A model generated the notes under the pieces. That model was not told where the DNA came from. It was given only the letters and a program-made list of their open reading frames with translations, and ran no database searches. From contig NC_043004.1 in NCBI RefSeq assembly GCF_006345805.1, forward strand, positions 7,316,001 through 7,380,000: 64,000 bases of DNA. The letters are read 5' to 3'. Made by a program: the position numbers and the translations under genes. Each line of letters starts with the position of its first letter. Position 1 is the first letter of the stretch. Source of the DNA: Octopus sinensis. Lineage: Eukaryota. Below, one piece after another: positions 53,066 through 64,000 of this stretch.

Positions 53066-55970
53066 TGGTGTTATATATATAGTATTGAGTATTAAAGGAA
53101 GTAGTGAGTATTTAGTATGAAAGATTAAGAAAATGAGAGATACTGAAATAACGTGTTAACGATACGAGATACTTTATTCGACTGCCCGGTTGTATAAGTT
53201 AATTGTTGTGGCGGGAAACATACTGAAAGTCCTTTTATCAAGGGAGACAATGGGCGACGTTGATTGTTCATGTTTGTTGTGATGATTATATAACAAGACA
53301 AAGTCACTCTTGAGAAGTACCGTGTGAAAGAGGGTTTTTTCCCGTTCACAACAGATCTGTAACGGTTGAAGTTGTAACGACAGAGATTAATTTTATAACA
53401 GTTGAAATTTAATTTTTATAACAATAATATGAAATGTCGGAGTCATAATCAGTTTATAAAGTCTTTCGTTGATTGCCATTATATAAAATGAAAGAACAGT
53501 GATTGAAGTTGTGAAGAAAATATTTATTTTTACCATTACATTTGTATATACCTTGCCTCGACGGGCAGGTGATAAAATCCAAAAGCATGCGAAGTAAAGA
53601 TAGATGTAGATTTTCCTTATATAGTTTGTGTTTGTGTTCTCGTCATTGTGTAGTAGTAATTATAGATAGAAATAGAGTGATGTTGTAAGAGACAATAAAG
53701 TGAGTTAGTAAGAGTGAGAGAGTGTGGGAAGTGTCTCATAGCTGCTGACAGTAAATTTCATTTCTCCCTTTGACCATTGTCTTTAGTAGCTGCCTTGCTT
53801 GTGATCATGATTCTAGCGTTCCGCTGCCTAATTCTGACTCGAGTTGTCATTCATTAACTAACTGATTGAGTTGTCACGAGCCGACTAACTGAGTTATCAC
53901 CAAGTGACTAAGGATAGATATATCGTTGCGAACAATGGATTTAGCTGGTGGTACTTGTTATCTTAATTCTAGCTATTGGTGAAGCAGAAAAGGTTAGCAG
54001 GGTCAAGTGGTGAAGACATTATTTGGGCATAGCTAAGGCTTCTGAAAAATGTAAAATTGCTGTCACAGAAAAAACCATTGCTCCACCGCGAGAAAAGTTC
54101 TGTTGAACTGTTAATTTAAATTTGGCTATGGTGGATCGAATCCACTTCACATCCATATTGCGAAGACGTTGGCCTTTTTAGGGCAAAAAATGCTCATAAA
54201 GATCTAGATTTCACAAGAAGAGGCCAAATTCAACCATGCTTTTCAGGCGATCCGAAGGTGAACGGCTACAAGAAGAGGCCAAATTCTTTAAAGGATAGGC
54301 TAACCATGTTTTTCAGGCGATCCGTAGGTGAATGGCTACAAATGTATCATTCAGAGAAGCTCAGAGTTACCAAGAACATCAACAATTTTTGTTTTCTGAG
54401 GCCCGAGTTGTTTATTTACTACAAGAAGGGCGTGATTAAGACCCAATGAGGCCCAAAGCACTTAAAGCACTTTTGTTGTCCCATATACATATAATTCAAA
54501 ATATATGCAGTAATAAATCATAAAATAAATTTTTATTTTTCTAAATGAAACAAACCTAACAGAAAGATAGAAAATAACGTTTATTTTTGTATACTTTCCC
54601 TTTATTTATATTTGAAAAGCTTTCTCCAACTTTTTCTTAATTACAAAGTCTTTAATCGGATCTTCTCTTATGACACCATGAACACTTCGAAGTTATATTT
54701 CCGATCATATAAACTACACTTGGAATGATATTATTTCAGTAAGTTTGAAGTGATTTCTTTTGCGCCGTACACCATTTACCATGTTTGTGACGCTCCCCTT
54801 CCCTTGATGCCGTTAGCACGTGCTTATTTTGCTCAATGGTTAATCGAAAGCTAACTACAAGATTCCTTGATGTGTTTGCCCCTAATTTATGTGGCTACCA
54901 CAACGAGGATTGTCTTCCAATGAAGATATTTTTTATAATTGTTAGAGACAATGCTTCAATACCTTCTTTAACCTCTTGGCTCAATGTTACAAAAGTTTGA
55001 TTCTAGTACAGCCCATTTCTTGCTCCTTAGTAACCATTCTTCCTAGTGCCACTCTTCCTGGAAACCATTCTTCTAATACTGCTCAAAGACCAACGGAAAT
55101 TTTCAGATTTTTAACGAGTATATAAGGTATCTGATGCCAATTTTGAATTGAGTTCTTCCAATTGATGTGACATTAAAAGAGTTTCGACTGAATCGTTGTG
55201 CGTTTATTTCGAAAATGTGAAGGCACGTGGCTTAGTGGTTAGGGTATTTGGCTCACGACCGTAAGGTCGTGAGTTCAATTCTCGGCAACTCGTTGTATCC
55301 TTGAGCAAGACTCTTTATTTCAAGTCCACTCAGCTGAGAAAAATGAGTTGTACCTTGTCACATTCTGTGTCACGCTGAATCTCCCCGAGAACTACGTTAG
55401 GGGTACGCGTATCTGTGGAGCGCTCAGCCACTTGCACGTTAATTTCACGAGCAGGCTATTCCGTTGATCAAATCAATTGGAACCGTCGTCGTTGTAACCG
55501 ACGAAGTGCTAGTATATTTTGCAATCCATTCGAAGACCGTTCTTCTGAAACGTTGAGCTCATCTTGGAGAACAGAATGGCTTCATGTTGTCTTTTCAAAG
55601 GAGAACTGTTTGAGACAGAACCTGTACTTGAAGAAAATGCGTTTGGGAAGTTCCATAGGCTTCGAGATGGAGAAAGGGGACGTGATTGACTTTGGCTTTT
55701 AAAAAATGCTCAAGTACAATCTGAACAAGCTACATCGAAAATAAAATTTTGCGATAACTATAGGACAATGAGATAGATGGCTAGATTTAAAATGAAGCAA
55801 ATCAATAGAACAAACAGCTTTTTTTTTTATTTTGTCTCTGGTGTCAGCTCACGTTGTTTTTTTTTTTGTTTTTTAGAGGATATTAAAGAAGCAGTGTGAA
55901 ATATTTTCTGATAAAGTATTGCAAAAGTTTTGTTCGTTCCAGAAGAATAGGCTGCAATAAATTCACTGTG

Positions 55971-56026
<56 letters not shown>

Positions 56027-56517
56027 CGCGCGCGTGTGAGAGAGATACGTTTTCACTTTTTAAAGCTCGTTTTAAAAGCAATCCTTAATCGTCGTCACTT
56101 TGCCACATAGTGAATAGATAAACAAGTGAAGTGGGTAGACAGAATATCGTTTTGAAAAATGTACATTTAACGGATTCCGTTCGTTTAAACATTTTATACA
56201 CATTCATATTTTCAAAAATCCGTCCAACAGCCGAGAGAATTCGATGTCTGTCGGTTGAAGCGAGAAAACATCTTTTTCCCATTGGACGCTGCAGTGGGAC
56301 GTCTTGTCACGTGGCCATCGCTGCACGTTTAAAACAATGAAATCGTTATTCGTTCTACAAAATATAAATGGATAAAATAAATACAGAAAATAAAGGCTTC
56401 TTCGTGTATGTCGGTATTCATTTCTTTCCCATGTATCTATGTAATCCCTTTCCCTTCTGCCACCTTACATGCATAAACACCCCCCACTCAACCAGACACA
56501 CATAATTGACCCCCTTT

Positions 56518-56548
<31 letters not shown>

Positions 56549-56845
56549 GAGAAAGAGAATGGAAGAGAGAGTGTGTGTGTAGGTATATGTGTCTATGTAT
56601 AAGTGTGTATGTACGTGTGTGTATGTGTGTATTAGTCTGTGTGCATTTCAAACCTGTATGTATATGTATCATTCTAATTCCATACGCTTCACTTCCTTTT
56701 TCTCTCTCTCTACGCCTTCCTCCCTTAATTATTCTGATCTGGTTATTTACCTCCCCACCAAAACCCTGCACCGTCACATTCGACCTCCTATTTCTCTCTC
56801 TCTCTTTTCTCTCTCTTCTCTTTTCTCTCTCTTCTCTTTCTCTCT

Positions 56846-56877
<32 letters not shown>

Positions 56878-57059
56878 CTCTCTCTCTCTCTCTCTTTCCC
56901 CTTCTCTATTTATCTGTTTATCTTTCCCCCTATCAACTCGGTTATTTTATACTATTTTATCTGACTTGTCCATCTGTCAGATATAATGTATCTGACACTA
57001 ACTTCATCACAGAACATTGTCAAAAAAACAATGGATACAGAAAAGTAGGAAAAAAAACA

Positions 57060-57113
57060 AAACAATTGTGGTAATGGTGGTGGTGGTGGTGGTGGTGGCG
57101 ATGGTGGTGTTAC

Positions 57114-57177
<64 letters not shown>

Positions 57178-57345
57178 GGCGGCGGTGGCAATGGTGGTGG
57201 TGGTACTGTTAGCGGTGGCGGCGGTGATGGTGGTGCCACTGTTGTTGCTAATGGTAGTGGTGGTTATCATTGGTGGTTTCACTGGAAGTGGTGACGTGAT
57301 ACTAACGATAGTAATGGAGATGGTGGTGGTGGTGGTGGTGGTGAG
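57060..57345. repeat. (GGT)n/(GGC)n trinucleotide tract
   Basis: Direct reading of the sequence. Confidence 0.95.
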
Positions 57346-58412
57346 ATGAAACTGTTGATGAAGCTATAGAAATGGGGAAAAAAATGAGTGAAGCCAGAGT
57401 AATGTTAAAACATGCTACAAGTTGTCTGGACAAATTGTTTAAAAAGTAAACGAGGCGTCTACCGTTAAAGCTAACCTTGAATCAAAATATAACGGTGGAG
57501 TTATTTATTGCCTTATGTCGGTCGTCTGGCTTTTTAGATAAGGGGAGAGGGAGAGGGGAGAAAGAGAGAGAGAAAGAGACACGGTGATGATAGAGTGTGG
57601 ATGATGGAGAGAGAGGGGGGAGATAACCGAAAGATGCTGAGGATGATGAAAAGATAAAGAGATGGAGAGAAATGGATAACCGAAGAGATAAAGTATGATA
57701 TGAGAGAGAGATAGAAATAGATAAAGGGGTTCATATATATATATATATATTTATTTATATTAATATTTAGGAGAAACAGAGACTCAAGGGCCGATAGTTT
57801 TGCGCATTAGCACTTATCAACCTGGATAAAGTTGATGATAAAGTGATAGTAATAAAGGGCAAAAAAGAAAAAGTATATAGAAAGAGGGTGAGTGTATAAG
57901 TGTGTGTGAGAGAGAGAGAGTTTAGAGAAAGAGAGAAAGGAACAAGAAAGGGGTAAAATAAGAAAATGGACAAATAAGCTGAGAGAATGGAATGGAGAAA
58001 CGAAATGAGAAAAAGACAGTCAGAAATCTAATAAATCTGAAAAGCAGGGACAAAGAAAGAGTAAAATATAGAATTGGAGCTCAAGTTTGGAATGACTACA
58101 TTCTGGATGTGGAAGTTTCTGGGAGGAATTCAATTAAGTACAGTTTGAAGGTCATGCGATGTTTTTCATTGAATATACGCAGGAATGGGTAAATGGTTAA
58201 GATGATTGCTCCCCAGTCGTATAGCCTGGAGTCCAGTCCAACTGCGTTGCACCTTGGGCGGATATCTTTTAATAAATTGAAGAATCAAAGATAAAACTCA
58301 GCAAAGAAAGCACATGCTGTGTTTGTTTAAATGAGCAAACACAACATATGTGTAATGTGTCTGTTGTAAAGAATATGGTTGTAAAAGTGAGCATCACCGT
58401 CATATAAGCGGT

Positions 58413-59247
58413 GTGGATCTTTTCCCTTTCAACGGCAGGTCGAGAAATGAATTTTTTGTAACTAAACACTTTCAAAACTTCGGACGCTAGTAGAATGTGT
58501 CAAATAAAACATCTTTTACTCTTAGTGTTGTTGAGAAAAGTTTCTATTTCAAAGTTATTTCGTGTTAAAGTTGTCGTATTTCGGTAATTTCAACCAATCA
58601 ATGACGTGTATTCAACTGAATAAAACTACTGCCGTTGTTTGTCAACAACAACTATCGGCGGAGTATATTTCGTTTGTCACTGTTATTTATGACATCGTTC
58701 GTGCGTTTGTACTGGTTTTAGCTTTAGGGTTTTAGGGTTAGGGTTTTAGGGTTAGAGTTACGGAGAAAAGTGAAAAAAATGAAGAAATTGGAGGGGAGGG
58801 GTTAAAAATGAAGAAATTGGAGGGGGCAAAAAAGTCTTTCCGAAAACAGTAGCTGAAAAACAGGAAAAAAACTAAAAGCAGTAGAAACGCAACGAACGAT
58901 TATGGTGGTATCATAAAGTAAACATGCTTCAGCTACACTCGTTTATTCATACAAACGTAACTGAGATGAAATATGTCAAATAACAATGACAAAAAATATA
59001 CACCGTCGGAAGTTGTTGTTGACAAACAACAGTAGTAATTTTATTCAGCTGAATACATTGTTTCGGTTGAAATTACCGAAATAGGACAACTTTAACACGA
59101 AATAACTTTGAAAATAGAAACTTTTCTCAACAACACTAAGAGTAAAAGATGTTTTATATGACACATTCTACCAGTGTCCGAAGTTTGAAAGTGTTTAGTT
59201 ACAAAAAATTCATTTCTCGATCTGCCGTTGAAAGGGAAAAGATCCCA
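58413..59247. mobile_element. MITE-like element with about 280-bp terminal inverted repeats and internal TTAGGG-like repeats
   Basis: ggatcttttccctttcaacggcag..gaaatgaattttttgtaactaaacactttcaa..tgtcaacaacaact is mirrored at about 58975-59247. tttagggttttagggttagggttttagggttagag lies at about 58720-58760. Confidence 0.85.
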
Positions 59248-59788
59248 CGAAAGGGTTGGCGACAGGAAGGGCATCCGACAGAAAATCTACCTTATATTCC
59301 GTCTAACGATGACGGTGGTGTCAGCAGCGGCGACATCGACAACGGCGACGACAGCGACGACTAATTGTTTCGGAGATGGGGGATGAGAGATTTAAATCCT
59401 TTCATTATTATAGCATTACTTCCGTTCATCTATGCAATATTTGAAAATAAGTTTCATTCCATTCAACGAATGTTCTTATTTTACTTTATTTCAATATATT
59501 TACTTTCACGTTTTTATCTTTTTTATCTGGAAAATCGCATAAATAAGCACAACGTTGTGTTACATGACGCCCAACCACCACTACCATCGTCACCAGTAGT
59601 AAATAGATACCAGGTTTTGTGAACAACTGAAAGAAAAAAAGCAATACGATCGATCAACCATTGATAAATATTTCTGATCAAAGAAGTAAAGCAATTCATG
59701 CTCGTACACATGTGAATCAGTGAAAGTTATGAGTCTTAAGCTGGAACAATGGCGGCCGACTTCTCAGTACTAGTGAACTCTCTGGTAA

Positions 59789-60180
59789 TCTCTCTAGATA
59801 TAAAGCTGAAGTTGTCTGTGTATGGCAGGTTTGGTAGCCTTCAACTAACACTATCTTCTCCGAGACCCTGCGGCGCAAGTTAACCAAAATTGAGAGTATG
59901 ATAGAAGAAGGCTTGCTCTTTATTCCGTAGAAGATAAAATTCAAATCGGACCATGTTAACACCAAAAATTATTTACATCAAAAAGGTGCTTTTTTCCTAT
60001 GAAAATCCCGATTTTTTACGATTTTTTTAGTGCTGTGTCGCCATTTTTTGGTGTATTTCAACTAGAAAAATGTTCACTTAAAGAGAATAACAAGCTACAT
60101 AACGCAAAATTTTTACTTTTCAAAAATTCCAATTCTAAAGGCTCGAAACAAACCATAGCAATGCCGAGCGATACTGCTAG
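59789..60180 (+). mobile_element. Non-autonomous Helitron-like element
   Basis: Starts a|tc and ends gatactgctag. It is the reverse complement of the 37214 and 62660 family. Confidence 0.8.
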
Positions 60181-60518
60181 AAGAGGTTATAATATTACAG
60201 CATCATCAGCTGCTACAAAACTCAGCGGAGGCGAATGGCTTTTTTCATTGACACGCATATTAGACGACTCAGTAACACACACAAACACACAACCTGCACC
60301 TGCTCCTTATAATATAGACATGTTTATGTAATTCGTTTTTTTTTTTTGTAATGACAGGCCCACCACCACTTTCTTGATATATATAGCATGGCTGACACTC
60401 ACCAGCGCTGTCTCTCAGCTGGTTGTCAAGTTATAGGAATTGTTAACCGCTCTCTCGAAACTAATCGTAACTCAGCCAAGTGGTTACCTTATGTAACAGT
60501 ATTTTTTTTTACATCAAA

Positions 60519-60559
<41 letters not shown>

Positions 60560-61147
60560 GCATGTGCGTGTGTGTGTGTATTTGAGCATATGTGTGTGTG
60601 TGAGATGTGTGTGTGTGTGTATGTGTGTTTGAGAATATGTTTGAGTGTGTGTGCGTGAGTGTGTTATGAAGTACTCTACATAGACTGACCCATTTCTACT
60701 CTTAATTCATCTTAGGCAATCTGAAACTAATTAGATTTTAATTATTTGAAAGAATTTACCAATTTAGAATAGAACTTCAAGAAGCATGTATCAATCATAC
60801 GTTCATTTGTCGTTTCATTATCATACTGTCCATATTTATCTGCGAATACATATTTATATGTATATACAACATATATATATAGATATGTATGCATGTATAT
60901 GTGTGTGTGTGTGTGTATGTACGCTTGTATGAATGAATGCATATATGTATGTATGCGTGTATGTATGTATGCTTTAAAAAATTTTTTATTGTCAGTTCTT
61001 AAGAGAGTTCAAGCCGGTCGCTAATAAAGTGACAAGACTTTCTGGGTTAAGAGAGTTCCTGGTGTTTGTAAATAGTGGTTAAGTTCGTGTTGGTCGAGCT
61101 GTCGATGCACAAATCTTTGGAATGTATGGAAGTTTTGTACGTATGTA

Positions 61148-63620
61148 CCGCATATTTCCGTGTTTAAGACGACCTTTAGGTAAGACGAGGTCAAAATTTG
61201 TAAAAAAAATTCATGAATTTATCTCATATCTGTAGTATAAGACGACTGCTAAATTACAAGACCATCTGTGTACAGGCTGGCTTTTGCAACAACAGTTATC
61301 TTTAGAAATATTAGTCATGTAAAGATGATGTTATTGCAAATATTTTTCTGTTTTTGTTTTTCTTTTTTACTTACTATATCCTTAGAAATTAAAATAAACG
61401 AAATAACAAATCCGTTTCTATGTCATGTTTTTTCGTACACACGTCGCCTAAGAGGGAACCATTGTTTTGTTTACGTTTCAACAGCCGATCTCTCACAAAT
61501 ACTGATTTCCCCGCTTTTTCCTCTTCTCCTATTCACAAAATATATACCAATGTATCCTATATACACCCTGACATTTACTAATAAAAACAAAAACGATTCT
61601 ATATCATGTTTTGCCTATACACTCTGCCTAAAAGGGTAACCATTGTTTTGTTTACGTTTATCAGCTGATCTCTTCTGAGTTCTGATTCTTCTTCTTTATC
61701 AAAACTTTATCGCTATCACAACAGCCGCTAACAAGAATACGATAATGGTAGTTCGTATGACTGAAACGTTCTAAACAGCTACAGTCAGCCTAGAGTATCA
61801 ATAACCATTTACCTTCATATAAAATCACAAACTATGAAGTCAAGTGAAATATATACGTATTCTATACCCATGCCAATATGCAACTACCAACAAAAAGAAG
61901 AAAATATGAGGCTAGTTTCAAATTGAAAGTTATAGAAGTTGTCAAGAGTTCGAACAATCGTGCTACTTCTGGAACATTCGATGCTACTGAGAAGTACGAA
62001 CGTGAAGAAAGAATGAAGGAAAATTAAGACAAATTCCCAAACAGAAATGTGTAATGGGAAGAGGAAGCACTCATTGGCTGAAGTTGGAAAATGATGTAGT
62101 AGGATGGGTAGTCCAGCAGAGACAAGATGGCTACATTGTAAAACGAAATAAAATAAGATCTTATGTTCTCAAATGGGCTATAAAGGAGAAAGTAAAGATT
62201 TTAAAGCAACAGTAGGTTGGTGCAATCGTTTTATTAACAGAAAATATCTGGTAATAAGGGAGAAAATAAAAATCGCCCAAAATCTCCCGAGAGGTCTCGA
62301 TCACAAAGTAACCAGTTTTCACCAGTTCATCATCCAGCTGAGAAAAAGGCACCAGTTTCCATTGTCTCATATTGGAAATATGGATGAAACTCTATTAAAC
62401 TTTGACATATTGGGTAACAAAACGGTAGATTTGAAAGGAGTAAAAACAGTGCATTGTAAAAGCACAGGATATGAGAAAACGAGGTTTATGGTGGTATTAT
62501 CCTGCATGGCTGACGGTACAAAATTAAAATCTATGGTTATTTTTAAACGTAAAACAATAGATTTTCCTCCTGGCGTTTTTGTTCATTTTCACGAGAAAGG
62601 GTGGATGGACGAGAGTGGTGCGAAATTATGGATTGAAAAGGTTTTACGTTTTATTAATACTAGCAGTATCGCCCGGCGTTGCTCGGGTTTGTTTCGACCC
62701 CACTTAGAATTGGAATTTTTGAAAAGTAAAAATGTTGCGTTATGTAGCTTGTTATTCTCTTTAAGTGAACATTTTTCTGGTTGAAATACACCGAAAAATG
62801 GCGACACAGCACTCAAAAAATCGTAAAAAATAGGGATTTTCATAGAAAAAAAGCACCTTAATGATGTAAATAATTTTGGGTGTTAACATGGTCCGATTTG
62901 AATATTTTCTTCTACGGAAGGAAGAGCAAGCCTTCTTCTATCACACTCTCAATTTTGGTCAACTTGCGCCGCAGCGTCTTGGAGGAGATAGTGTTAGTTG
63001 AAGGCTACCAAACCTGCCATACACAGACAACTTCAGCTTTATATATAAAGAGATTATATATCTTGATAAGAAATTTTTTTAATTTATAATTTCTTTTAAA
63101 TGCAACTACTGTAAAATAATTTTATTTAAAAAAAAGGTTGTGTGTAATCCATCTTGTGTTATTTACCACCAAATGATAATAGATATTTTATGAAAAATAT
63201 AAATATGTTATTCCAAATGTTATTACTACAGTTATACATCATTAAAATTTTCGAAAGATTAACGGAAGATAAAGATTACTGTGAGCGCAACCATAACTCG
63301 ATGTTTACATTTTCTCAGCCGAACTCGCATAGATAAAAGTTGAATTGAATCATATAGAATTATCTCTCGAATAGGCTATTTTATTACGGAGATATGCCAA
63401 TAATATACAAAGTAAAAATGTTTTTATTACCTATATTGTAATTTTTTTTTATTTTGTTAATCTGTTCACGTATGTCTGTGGTTATCGCATCGAGGTCAAG
63501 GTTAGCTTACTTCTGAAATCACTTAAAATTTTGATTTGTAGAATGGTGGTATAAGACGACTCCAAATTTTTAGGGTAAATTTTAGGATTTAAAGGTCGTC
63601 TTATATGCGGAAATATAAGG
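61148..63620 (+). mobile_element. pogo/Tc2-like DNA transposon, defective, interrupted by a Helitron-like insertion
   Basis: TIRs CCGCATATTTCCGTGTTTAAGACGACC and revcomp CCTTATATTTCCGCATATAAGACGACC, with TA flanks and subterminal taagacgac repeats. The transposase shows FKATVGWCNRF (CENP-B HTH), IGNMDET, TVVLSC-like RFMVVLSCMADGTKL and KGWMDE (DDE_1). Confidence 0.92.
62660..63053 (-). mobile_element. Non-autonomous Helitron-like element nested in the pogo transposase
   Basis: Minus strand reads a|tctc...ctag|t. The transposase frame breaks at this point. Confidence 0.85.
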
Positions 63621-64000
63621 TACATACGTACGTACGTATGTATGTATGTATGTCATTATTCAGTTTTATTTCACGGTTTCTTGCCAATAGAGAAAAAAAG
63701 ATGGTTTCTTACCTAGACCCAAGACTCCTTCATTGGACTTTCAATATTAACAGGGTATTTTTGCATGTGTGTATATGTTCAATGTCCTATATATATATTG
63801 TTAGTGGAGTCCCTGACGCCTCTTTCTTGCTGTCATATTCTGACATAAAATAAGTCTAATAAACTGGAGTTAAATGAAGTCTTGGATGGAAACATTAAAG
63901 ACTTCATTCATACATTTCTATACATACATACTTTTTTGAATGCCCATTGTTCCGATAATTCTGCATTTTTACAGTTACACTTTTACCATGACAGTAGATA

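Noticed and set aside
56952-57349. Poly-Pro, poly-Ala and poly-Val ORFs
   Set aside because: They come from a trinucleotide microsatellite, with no splice context or unique coding sequence.
58720-58760. True telomere or chromosome-fusion scar
   Set aside because: There are only a few degenerate units in one orientation, enclosed within an inverted-repeat element.

Overview
Eukaryotic, AT-rich DNA dense in microsatellites and transposable elements. The SINE/LINE/Penelope complement is most consistent with a cephalopod (Octopus-like) genome; this is an inference, not verified. There is a 100-N scaffold gap at 20287-20386. The only host coding sequence I can support is a + strand array of seven near-identical exons plus one 5'-truncated copy at 4334-17330. 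They are phase 1-1 and AG/GT-flanked. Five are intact at 207 bp and two carry frameshifts. Each encodes an 8-Cys variant of the chitin-binding peritrophin-A (CBM14/ChtBD2-like) domain. The array grew by recent tandem duplication of exon-intron units and has several inverted repeats and foldbacks in its introns. The gene's start and end were not found. The rest is mobile DNA: a near-intact Penelope-like element (RT plus GIY-YIG) with a 43-bp foldback at its 5' break, two more PLE fragments, a full-length degenerate mariner, CR1-like, RTE-like and L1/Tx1-like LINEs, a pogo/Tc2-like transposon, non-autonomous Helitrons, tRNA-derived SINEs and several large palindromic elements. Most ORFs in the supplied track are microsatellite artefacts.
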